DNA of 64,000 nucleotides from Balanoglossus misakiensis (lineage: Eukaryota > Animalia > Hemichordata), in the NCBI GenBank assembly GCA_040954595.2, contig CM082578.2, forward strand, positions 12,710,520 to 12,774,519, written 5' to 3'. The notes under the pieces are model-generated. The model ran no database searches and was not told where the DNA came from. It saw only the letters and a list, made by a program, of their open reading frames with translations. Below, piece after piece: positions 36,462-48,506 of the stretch. Numbering within the stretch: the first letter of the stretch is position 1; each line of letters starts with the position of its first letter. The position numbers and the translations under genes were made by a program.

Positions 36462-39400
36462 TCATTTCTTTCCGTTGCCACCATTGCCAGTTTTGGGCTT
36501 GGCATCAGGTGCAGTTGTTTCCTTTGGGCTTACTTGGACTGTCTGCTCGGATGTGGACTTTTCTGAGGAAAGGTGTTCAACGTGACTGCAAAAACACAGA
36601 TTCAAAAGACGAGAGTGAAAAAAAAACAGTGAACTTGTAGTCAGTAGAAGTAGTAGAAAATTAAATGACACATGCAGGGAGCATGCAAATTTAAGGATAA
36701 GAATCACAGAAGATTTAAACATCAATTATTTACAAAAATAGTTTAATAAGCCATGCCAACACCGAACAAGACCCATGTACATATATCCTACATCAACAGA
36801 CTGACATCAGTTACAAGTAGACATACAAATTCCAGATACATTGTACACGTGGACAGATAGATTGCCAGACACAGACACATAGACAGAAGCAAAAAACTGA
36901 GGTGTATGTGAATGGTGTATTTTCATGTCAATTAGCCTTGGCATAGTTACAGGATTGGAAGCACAGGAAACCATGGAGCTGATCAAGCATATCCATGTGT
37001 GTATGACCATAAAAATGGTATGAACTACAAACACGAACTGTAATCCCTCGTCTGCAGACAATGAAAGACCAACGTTCCACACACTGACAACCCCTCATTG
37101 ATAGTAAAGTGTTCCATTCAGTACAGTCACACGACTGATTACCCCTTCCCACCATGAGATCATGGATCTTTCAAAACGAAGTGGTACATTTGTATAGCTT
37201 TTCTTCCTTTAATGCATTTTGAATTGTACTTAAAATGTTCTGTGCAAAATTGATGGAATGTGTGTGGGTGTACATGTGGGTACAACCTGTACCAACATTT
37301 TCTCAACTTGTACTGATACTCTTACAGTCAGTAACAGATGTTGTTTTTCGCCAAATGTTGGTGGTTTTCTGCTTCTCTGAAATATGCATTACTACATGTA
37401 GCTATAATGCTCTATGAAATGGATAAATCATTTTATGGGTTTCCACATATATCTACACATAATTGACAGCACTACTTGGGGATCAGTCATAGTATACTGG
37501 GCATGCATTACCACTGTTAATAAAATCCTTAAAGCAATGGGAAGGCTCAAGTTGATGTCCAAAAAGAAGTACTAAGAGTGTTTATAAACAATATATATAT
37601 ATATATTTAACCTTATATCATGCACTACATTATAATGGCATGCCTACTACTGGAATATGGATGCTTATACATGTACTAGTATGTAAAATGCAGATAAAGA
37701 GTTCTTCACTGATAATGCCAACACAGAGTTAACCCTGCATTAAAGGGTCATCAGCTGTTCTGATAAAGCCCTATGAAATTGCATTCAAAAAGGAAAATTG
37801 TGGGACTTCGGGTTACGTTAGGTCATGTCAGACAACAGAAGACACAATCATGTATATTTACTCTGATGTCGGAGCTGTAGTAATTTTGTTCTTGTGGGGT
37901 TATCTGAGCACTTGCACAACCCATGAAGCCATATTTCTGAGGATTCCAGACCCTGGGCTTATATCGTAGTTGGTTTAGTATGGCATGTTTTGACTAAGAC
38001 TGAAACTTACCCGTAGAGAACTTGTTGAGCAACACACGCCACCAATAAGAACATCACACAACATTTAAATATGATGGCCATTGGCAAGTCCTGTGTAAAC
38101 AAATGAGAGAGAAAAAACATGCGAACAATCTAGATTGTAAATACATGTCATGGTACAATACAATTTTCATGAATACCGGTTGATGTGTGCTTCATTCATC
38201 GATCACACAATAATCCTACGAAAATAATCTGTAACATTCACCATTTGTGACAAATAAATGAAAGTAAATCATTCATAGTCAATGTAACAGGCATACTTAC
38301 TTGAAGAAGTATTGCAATTACAATCATATTCAAAGGTATGCGAAACAAGTTCATGACGGTTGATCGAGCTGAAAATAAAGGAGAAAATGCATCAATACAT
38401 GTAAATGGCTTTCACTCATGGTAATAATTATTTGCTCCTACAATACACAAACATGTATTACCATCAAGGAGACTTACTTGCTTCCGGTACATACATACTC
38501 CTCATTGTACCCATGGCTGGCCAGAAGATGCCTACACAAACCTCAAATACTATGAATCCTGCAAAGATGAGTGCTTGGTTCTGCAAAAGTTAAAAACATT
38601 GGCAGAGAAAATCAAATACACTGCAATAGATACGTGTGATAGGTTTAGAAATCAGCACATCTCCCCATAACAAAATTCTCAGTTCATACTTACCCCTGGT
38701 AGAAATATCGGCACCGCAAGTGAAACTGCGGCAACAATTAAAACAATTCTCATGAACGACTCTGGCGATGCATATTTGCATGATATTTTAAAAATGGCTG
38801 AACCGATCATTACTGCCACCTGGTGAGGGAGATAAAAAAAAACCAGACATTGGAACCAAAATTCGATATACAACATCAAAGTGTTGTGAAGTTGACGCTT
38901 GTCAGTGTCACAGCATACAATACCCAAAAAATTTCAGCACCAGTACAATGTACTATGAAACCGACCCACTTACAAAAATTTCACACACATCTGTTCAACC
39001 CAATCAATATGGTAATTTATGCAAATTTCTATCCCCACTCACCATGAAATCAGCGAATATCCATCCATGTGGTATGGTGGCTGCATGAGCCTCTTCATCA
39101 TCTTCAGGTACTTTCAACCCCGCAGGCAGCTCCCCGGGGTCAGGGGGTGTCAGGGCTGGCGTCCACTCTAAGACAAAGGTGTACATGGCTCCTTCAAACA
39201 AGGACTGGATCAACCCAAGGCATAATATTTTTTTATCTGTAATAACGAACACAGATAAAAGAAGAGGTAAAAACAACTGCAATATCATAGCGTCTATAAA
39301 CATTAGAAGCAGCTTGCACGGAACATAGGAGAGAGACAGCAATTGGGCCTTCAAAAATATAATGGAGACATGGGAATATATTTTCCATTGCAATATTCAT

Positions 39401-42400
39401 GTTTCAATGTCATGTTTCATTCTCACCTTCCCTGATTACTTGAAATGCGCTTTTAAAAGAGCTGCCCACGCTGGCAGTTACATCGCCATAGTTCTCAGTC
39501 CACGTGGTCACAATACAGACACACATGATCATCAGAACGGTCAAAGAAACATCAAATGGTGCCCTGCAAGAAGAATAAAGTGAATGATTATTAAGAACAG
39601 CCACTTACTATTTGAGCTGAAATTCTCGTCAGGTTTTAATCGGTCCCACCTTGAAATGACATACATCCACACATACAGCCGCAACTGATCCCATAAGGTC
39701 CCATGGCATATACATATATACCAAATGGGACCAGTGCTTCCAATCCTTTCGTCATATGATGGTAGGATTACATCTAAAACCAATATTAGCTGATAAAGTC
39801 TCGTGTTCGCCAGGTTGTTCATTTTTACCCGCACTGCTTCATCGGGGAATAAGGATCTGATCATACCATTTATATAAAATAACCTAAGTACTGTAAAAAC
39901 TCAGTGAAAGAAAAACACCACTTTAGTGCCGTGACAGCTGCAGCCTTGATTATCATTTTATTTTAGAGAACATAAAGATCGGTAACCGCGCACGTGCAGT
40001 CACCAATTTGCTGTACGATCTACGCAGAGCCAGGAATGGTTTTCAAATTCCTGGAGTTCTCAAGAGTCTGTGAACAGCAAAGAGAAATTCTGATCCATTC
40101 AAATCCTCCAGATAAGGGTGGAATTTCCGTGTACTATAGCGCTTGACTGAGCATCATTTCTAGTTGGCATGTGCTACATAAAAACCTGTTGTCCTTAGTG
40201 CAAATATGCGATATGGTTTTCCTGAACACAGATGGCCAAAAACTGTGTGATGCTGGTAGTTTTGGTAGTATTTTTTGATATGCCACATGCTAATTCTTTT
40301 ATGTTATTTTTATCATTGGGCCCAATACAATGTTTTTTGGACATATTGAACCTGTGTTTCTTTCAGACATTTTTTTTAAAAGTCACACGATATCTATTCA
40401 TATTACCGGTACACTGGAAATATTTTGAACTGTGAATACTGCCATCAGACCACAAATGTTGACCATGCAAATGTTTCACATAGTTCTGGAAGTCACACGA
40501 GTGCCCATTCTAGTTGTAAGCTAATCCAGTCCAAGTCCTACAATCCGTATGGCTGAATTCATGTCCTAAATTGTACTTTGATACTACATGTATGTGCTTT
40601 TCCAAATATGTTGTCAAGATTCGAAGTAATCTGATGATTTAAAATTCAGCTTCAATGTGTGAAACTTCAAAACACATGGGGGTGACATGATTTTATTCAG
40701 CGCGGCATGAAACTATTTGAAAACTAATATGGCCGATCTGGCCAACTTACACAAATCCAAAATGGTCAGCAAACACTTGAGCCACAAGACCTGATGCTAT
40801 GGCCACCAGTGAGTTCCCCAAGGTAGCATGTGAGAAGATGGTACTCAGTAGGTCACCGCCAAAACCACGCTGTGAAGAGAAAATATACTTCTATTGACCT
40901 ACATGCATACGAAAATGAAAACATGATCTTGTGGTAAATTAAGACTTGTAGACATGATTTGCTTTCAAAGTTGCCGAGCTCAGACAGGCTGAAATATGCA
41001 ACCATACAGTTACATTTGAATGAATCAATGAACAACATTCATGCATTCATGTATATATTTATTGTTCCCCACAGTTATTATTTTCAAGAATATACTTACT
41101 GCATTGTGTTCATATACAAGCCATGATTCAAATGCACTGAAGAGTATGGAGGTGGCAGTCCCACCAAGCAGCCGCCCGATCATCAGGATGTAAAAATTTG
41201 GAAAATGCTTCGTGACGCAGGCTAATCCGTACATTATCCCGTATACGATGCAGTTGGCACGGCGACCACTGATGACAGAAAAAGGGAGAAGATATACCGG
41301 AGGTTATGATTTTGCGTTGTAGTTACAATTTATTATACCATGTATGCCTTGATGTTAAACTCAAAATTAAGTGTTGGTTTGAATAGATTTGGGGAATTTT
41401 GTAGTCCAACTAAACTTTATGGGCCAGTTTCCCACACTATGGTCTTGTACATGTACACTTAGCCCTACTTTGTGAATGACCCTATAGAATCTGACTTTCC
41501 CATAAATGTAACTTTCACTACATGCTGTTTTGTTTCACTACTTTAAAAAATTCAACAATGCTGATCACTACAGGAAGCACAGTCGTAGTGTGAAGCCTAA
41601 TTTCCTCTCATTGTTTAGCACCTTTTCACTGAAAGTGTTTACCAAGGATCCGCAAAGGAATTTCGGTGCCCTGTAATTACATACAACAAAAGGTATTGTT
41701 GTTATGTAACTCAATTTTCACTCTTTTCATCATGTTTTCAGAGTTTTTCTTTAAGGATGTACGATCAGTAAAATTGACAGTATTTCAATTTCTTTTTATT
41801 GGTGATTTTTTAAAATCTCCTTTGTAAGGATTATCAACATCTGCCATAAAAAATTCGGTCACCATGTTAGTTTATGAAATATAAAAAAGTGAATTAAGCC
41901 AATAATGGAAAAAAGTTTGCTAACAGGCTCAGCAGCTGTTCACATATCAACTGCACAACACTTGTGAATTTGTGCATGCATCTTTCCTGAAACCTATCAT
42001 TTCTAAATGTTTTTTAAAAGTGCACAAAACCTGGTCTATTTCAGTCTGCGACACCCTAAAATGAAACGACACAACTTTTTTATCAGCTTCAGGTAAAAGA
42101 CTGAAATAGAAACATCCACCACCATCACTCTAACGTACAACTTTTTTTTTATCATACTGCAGTGTTTTAATTTAAATGGAGTGTTTCTTTTTGAGGTGGC
42201 AGGGTGTGAAACATATTGTACTTGTAACAAACGGGACAGCAAGGTCTCCTGACAAGGACTATCAAGTGATCTCACAATCTGGTGAAAAATACTGTTGACC
42301 TGTGACACTTTCACCCCAAGTTTCCCTTCACATATCTGTGCAAGTCCGAACACAACAATGAAAACAATAGTGCTGGATTGCCAGCCATTCATAAGAAGTT

Positions 42401-43006
42401 ATGCAATACGAGATTTACTGGGAATGGAGCTTACTATCTGTCTGCAAATGATCCCACCACTGTTCCGAATATCATACTAGCACCAAAACCTGCCACAAAC
42501 AGTATTTCGATTTCATGAGTCGTCATCCCATAGCTTTGATACAGAACATACACGTGGGGGCCCTGTAGCCAATCTCCTCCTGGAAATTAAAAATAAAATG
42601 TTCGTTGTTACGTTATTCATTTAAAACTGTGAATGTGATTTATGCATGCTAGCTGTGGTACGCAGCTGTACCGTTGGGGGGGGGGGGGGGCTAATCAGCC
42701 CCCCCCCCCCCCCCCCACGTTACAGCTATAGCTGCATTGCTGGTACTACACTACACTACAGTACAAAATATAGCACTAATTTGTGTATCTTGAGCTTATA
42801 ATTAATAAAACCAAGTTTAATCATCACTGTCACTCTACTGTCCATACCATCACTACCTTACCTGCAGCAAGGAGATACACCAGCAGGTAAGTCGCCTGGA
42901 ATTTGCGAAAGTTACCATCTTCTGTAGACACTACACTGGTCTTCGTGTACACGTACAGAATAAGGCAAAACAGACAGAGTCCGTAGAAAGATGGGATGAA
43001 AACCAT
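36462..43006 (-). CDS. MFSD5: Molybdate-anion transporter / MFS domain-containing protein 5, isoform with proximal last exon, ~469 aa
   Basis: Exons: 43006-42862, 42579-42435, 41268-41100, 40869-40751, 39563-39427, 39236-39043, 38819-38694, 38580-38478, 38368-38301, 38090-38011, 36585-36462. MFSD5/MOT2 motifs: FQATYLLVYLLA, DWLQGPHVY, GRLLGGTATSILFSAFESW, WTENYG, QSLFEGAMYTFVLEWTP, FEVCVGIFWP, MNLFRIPLN. Confidence 0.93.
42664..42727. repeat. Small hairpin / MITE-like palindrome with G-run and C-run arms in MFSD5 intron 1
   Basis: AGCTGTACCGTT-G(n)-CTAATCAG-C(n)-ACGTTACAGCT. The arms are complementary apart from 1-2 mismatches. Confidence 0.7.
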
Positions 43007-45105
43007 GCCTGACAAACCAACCGTAGCGTTGTGATCGAAGTTAGATGAAACAATTCATTGCGGAGACTGGCGATTGCTGTCTTGCGGCACGGAGCTGTCC
43101 CTGTCCAACTGAGTGAATGCGGAAATCGACATAAACAGTGCAAGCCTCGTTCTTGGTATGTACTTCCGCATTTCCCATTTCTACCGCATGGCTGCGCTGT
43201 GCTACAACAAGAAAATGGAGACTTTTCTGTCTGTTGCTTTTCTACCCCCTTTCTTGCCCACTCTTTTCTTTCAGCACAGCTCAGTCATTTGTTGAAATGG
43301 GTCAAGGAACCAGATTATGAAACCAGGCTCGAAGCTATCGGAAAAAAATCTCGGCCCTCAACCCCGAGGGACATTACTTTGTACATTTTGGACCACATTG
43401 TCAAAACTCTTTTCGCTACATACACGACACTGCACTTCGACACTGCACTGGCCTAAGATAGAACCTGCGATCGACTGTCACTGCAGGCCATAATGTAGTG
43501 CACCCGTCCATTTTAAGTGATGGGGGTACATTGAATATAAATACTAAGTCTTTGTAGCTTTGGAAGCAAAGCGGACATCGACAACACACTTGCAGATAGA
43601 CTGGTAATTTTTGAACTTCGAAGCAATCGCCACCAGAGAGGGCGCGCGTCTTTCCCGGAGAAGTACTAAGCACTTACTAATGACTTAGATGCTGCGCTTC
43701 AATCTGCTACCCACGCAGCTGATCCGTGTTTAATATTTTCCTAAACGAATCCGTGCGAACGTGACTTTGATGTAGTAACCTTGGTGGGAGAAAACCGACC
43801 TAGAGCGTGGGAAGCAACCATCGACCGAGAAGCCGGTCATTCGCGAGATTGTAATATTCCTCCAGACAGTATTTCCTCCTACAGTGAAACACCCACGAAA
43901 TTATGCCTTGTGGCTCTGGCAGCGGGAAAAATACATATTCTAAGTTCTTTCTGGTGAATGATGACATTCCACTATGATTAATAAAATGCAACACGTTGGT
44001 ATTAACTCCTGGTTATTAACAAACTGTGCACCTCTGATGCATTGCCACTTCTTACGTTACAAATGTTTGTATTCGTATGAAACTGAGTTCATGAAGCCCC
44101 TTCACCACAAATTTCGATGTAAGAAGGATTATAAGATTTTCAACTTGGATTATGATATTATGAGTGTGAACAATCCGATTATTGTGTAATTACCCCCACC
44201 AAATCTATCCACTAGGCTGATGGAGGTGAAGGGCTGGTCACCATTCCTTGAACTTTTTAACTGCTTAGGCCTACTATAAATTAAACTTTCCTTACTTGTC
44301 AAGTAACATTCTATCAGGTCCAGCCTACAGTGTACGTATTTCACAACTCTTGCGATACTGTAGTAGACCTTGCTAGTCACTTTGGGAACACCAAGGCGGG
44401 TGAGTAGATTGTACATGTAGGCCTATCGGGTTTTCTCATTTACGCGATCTGTGGTATATACTAGTATACTATACAGATTTTTCACTTTTGGTCAGCAGGG
44501 TGTGCTTATCCATTCCGGACACCTGGTACCACTACTTAGAAGTGGTTCAAGACGACTCTTTCTATATTTCTTTGGACTGGTAATTCGCTTGAGCGCCGAA
44601 AATGATAAGCTAATGATTATTTGACCTGATTTGGTGTCGTATTTGTACTCATAGAAATAGCGGTGAGTTACCCCAAGAAAGGCAAGAAAGGATAAAGAAA
44701 AAGGGAGAAAAGAATATAATATTCACACGATAAAGAGAAATATTTGACCATTTTCTCAAACAATAGTGGTATATCTATCTAGTGTGAGAGGGGTTGTGGT
44801 ATGGTATATCATTGATTGGCATTCTTCTGTCCAGACAATTGCAACTTAGAAACCCGGTAGCTTATTTGCGTCGCCTATTTAATAGAACGTGGAAGACAAT
44901 GGAGCAGTTTGTCTTTAAGTGCCGGTTGCTATTGTTCTTTATTGAATCGCAGACAACACCTTTTGTCTTCGTCTGTGATTGAACAGTAGAAAACACGGCC
45001 CTTCAAAGACCATGTACTTTGCATGACAATAGCAGCTACTTAAACACTCCACGGAGACCAAGTAATGCTAAACCCACAACGAGGCTGATAACAACAAAAC
45101 TCACC

Positions 45106-45157
45106 AAAATGGCGGAATAGACGAATATATGTTGCTCGTCGACAGAAGACAGTATAG
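45106..45157 (+). promoter_or_regulatory. Candidate first (5'UTR) exon and promoter of the downstream cupredoxin-repeat gene
   Basis: YY1-like AAAATGGCGG at 45106-45115, followed by a consensus donor TAG|GTGAGT at 45157/45158. It lies divergent from MFSD5. Linkage to the acceptor at 54011 is inferred. Confidence 0.4.
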
Positions 45158-45703
45158 GTGAGTTAATTTTATTCTGTCCAAACTATAATGTCTAAAATAG
45201 TCATTGTATCCACAGTGCTGCTGCTTGTTACAAATACCATCGGGGTCTGCCTCGGGAATCTCTGCAGTACAAAGTCGCAAAGACCCCTTCGCTTAATATC
45301 TTAATATCATGTTCTCTGCAGGGCTTGGGCCATATGGGCATTATATTATTACCCGTGTAAACGCATGATAGTTGGTAAAGGCAGGTGATGCGGTGCAAGT
45401 CTGCAATGGCGAAATCGTTTAATTGCAGCGCCCTATGCGTTACGACATGTCGTTGAGGACTGTTTGTGTTGTATACACGGGAGACTTATCCTTTTTTCTT
45501 TCGTTGGTTACTGATGATCTTGCGTATACACTCAAATAATCCGCTTAAAAACACACACATCAGTGCGTTTGAACTATCAACAATATTAACGGCGCTATCA
45601 ACCGTGACTGTGCAGCAACATTAGTTTTGAAAGAGAGTGATAATATTTATTGCTTAATTACCCCCCCCCCCCGACACTGTCGTAGTCGGGGGGGGGGGGG
45701 GGG

Positions 45704-46293
45704 TAGCTCTGGACTTATGCGCTGTTTGGGTCTACGCTGCTCTCCGTCCCCCACAGCTATGGAGCCATGCGTAGGAAATCCTGTTGGGTTGCGGAGCAAA
45801 ATGATTCGCACCGATTTTCAAACAATAAACTACATGAACATGTACATAATGTTGTCAGAAATAAAGATCGAACGAAAATTTCACAAATGGGAACCTACTT
45901 GACGTGTTTGTCGCCGAATCGTAAACGTCGTTAACGCAGCGCCGTAAAACTGGTGACCCTCCCATACAAACATGGACGTTCACCTTCATTTAAGTCATGT
46001 GATCGACACGTGTTTTACTCGGCGTGTTTGTATGGGAGGGTCACCAGTTTTACGGCGCTGCGTTAACGACGTTTACGATTCGGCGACAAACACGTCAAGT
46101 AGGTTCCCACTTGTGAAATTTTCGTTCGATCTTTATTTCTGACAACATTATGTACATGTTCATGTAGTTTATTGTTTGAAAATCGGTGCGAATCATTTTG
46201 CTCCGCAACCCAACAGGATTTCCTACGCATGGCTCCATAGCTGTGGGGGACGGAGAGCAGCGTAGACCCAAACAGCGCATAAGTCCAGAGCTA
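45704..46293. mobile_element. Foldback/MITE-like element: 269 bp inverted arms, 52 bp spacer, TA at both ends
   Basis: 45704-45972 and 46025-46293 are reverse complements with one mismatch (CACAAATGG vs CACAAGTGG). The element is flanked by G-runs on both sides, consistent with insertion at a TA inside a G-tract. Confidence 0.9.
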
Positions 46294-48492
46294 GGGGGGG
46301 GGGGGGGGGGGGGGACTGTGACTGTATGTGTGTGTCCGTCCAGAGCAATTACGCGCACCATATACTTGCGTATATTTAAGTGCATATACATCAGCATGGC
46401 CCAATATAATAGTACACGTTGAAAATAATGTACATACTTGTATTTTAATTTCATTTATTAAATGTGTATGATTTTCTTTCCAAATATAAGTTTTGTGTAC
46501 AAAAGGGATATACATGTATATGTATATTACAGAATCAGCATTCTCCAGCACATTTTTTCATGATGGAAATAAAGTGTAACCATGACAACTTTAGAAACAG
46601 AAACTTTAATGTCATAATAAAATAATTAAGATGATGTTAATTAAAGTTAAATTATGGAAAAAAAATTTGCTATATAATTTTTTAGTGTCATCGCTTCACT
46701 CATATATATGCATATCAGGTTTGCCTGGCATGTGCTGTAATTTATCCATCTTTTTTTGCTGTAGCTGCTCGGAAAGGAAGTGTTTTCAAGTAAGGCAGGC
46801 TGGCAATTGAAAGAAACGACTTCCTGAGCTTTTCAGCAGTTGTAGTGTGTTCAGGAAACCATCCCCAGCACTTTTGACCTTGTTGCCAAGACACAGGCCG
46901 CATTTGTGACAATACCATGTGTGTTCAACATCCCTGCATGTGTGTGCGGGACAATTTGCCATTAGGTGTTCATTATCTGAGTTGGGGGGGGGGGTCTGTG
47001 CTTTCACATACATAGCCCCACTATTGCCCTTGATTATACAATGTACTGGTAATTTAAGTCACTGTTTTAAATTTATATTTTTTATTGAAACCGCCAATTT
47101 CATAATTCAAATATAAAACTTTGAAATTGCATATCAGCCATCCTTTTTTTCAGCACCAGATTACAAACCCCAGTAGCATTTTAAACGCACACAAAGACTT
47201 GTGTGCTCAGCTTGGGTTCAGGTGGGGATTTGTTGGTCTTGTTGTCAAGTCAAACATATCGAGGATTTGTACAGTGAATGATTCAACATACATACATTGA
47301 TTGTGTGCACCTCCTCCATTGCTGGTCGCTTGTCTTGCACGGAAGATTAGAGACAGGAAATATATGTCATTGACTCTTAAAATTTACTTGTATATATGTA
47401 AAGTATTATCGAGAAAAATATCAATTACCATTCAGAAAGAAACTTCTTATTTTATTAATTCCTGCGTGGTTTTGAATTTGTCAATTTTAAATAAGGGGGC
47501 CGTTAATAACGTGCGTGACATTTCAGCCCGGCTTAGATTGCGTGTGGCTTTGACGTCATTTCTGGTGATCAGCATCACTGTCCTAACACATGTGCCTCAG
47601 CGACATTTGGATTCAGTTTTCATTCTGTGATTAGTAGTAGAGTGCGTTCTGGGAAATAAGATGTTACAGGCGTAGCAGGAAATGAAATTTGTGATGAAAA
47701 TATTTGCGTAAGAAAAGAACCCCGACGTGACATTTTGCGGTGACCATGAGCACATTTAATTTGCAAAATGGAAATGTTGCGAAAAGTGAGTGACACAGAT
47801 AGCTACGAAAATAATAATATTCAAAAATGGAGTCACAGGGTCATGTGATTTTCCGTTGAATAGATGATCATTCTAACGTCACTCCGACGACTCCGTATAG
47901 TATTGCAATATCTGTGATCAATTTGGGAAGGCTGCTCTCTCTCACATTTCTCTCTCTCTCTTGCAAGTGGATTTTCCATTTTGATGGGAACTACCATACT
48001 TTTCAAATGACACTTGGCTGTGATGAAGTGGAAACTATCCAGACCAGAAGTAGAAACTCGACATTTCTGTGTTTGATGAAAATGAATTCCAGAATTTATG
48101 AGTAGGTAGAACTGGTTTGTTTTTCCCATAAAGATTTGCCTTTTCGGAGAAACAGTTAGGTGGCCAGTATTGATCATTTTTCTGCTCATACTTTTCATGA
48201 ATCATTTTATTGGAAAAGATGACACATTTTTCTCTCTCGATTTCATACAATAAGACAGATTTGCGTCAGCAGCATTGCAAATAAAAAAACAAATCTTCAC
48301 TTTCTTTTCAAATTGAGAGGCTGTAATTATGATTTTCACTCCTGTGGCCGATAGAGCCAACAGGCAGACGCAAAATTAGGTCAGGTTTTATCTGTGTTTC
48401 ATTATTTCGTGTGCGATATTTTTCATTGGAATATTGCCAGTTAATATACACTACAGTGAGATGTGACTACACCCAATGTACGCCATCATCTT

Positions 48493-48506
48493 GTCACCAT
48501 GGCAAC
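48493..48506. promoter_or_regulatory. RFX X-box-like palindrome
   Basis: GTCACCATGGCAAC. Related motifs at 51004-51017 (GTCGCCATGGCCAC), 53852-53865 (ATTGCCATGGTATC) and 61968-61981 (GTTGCTATGGTGAC). Motif match only. Confidence 0.4.

Noticed and set aside
45627-46454. Two ORFs on opposite strands with identical peptides (SSGLMRCLGLRC...HKWEPT)
   Set aside because: They are a by-product of the DNA palindrome, with no transposase motifs and starts that run through homopolymers.
46786-47013. Cys-rich minus-strand ORF (CPAHTC...WYCHKCGLCL) faintly like a piggyBac C-terminal finger
   Set aside because: It is short, the Cys spacing is imperfect, and there is no adjoining transposase core or clear splice context.
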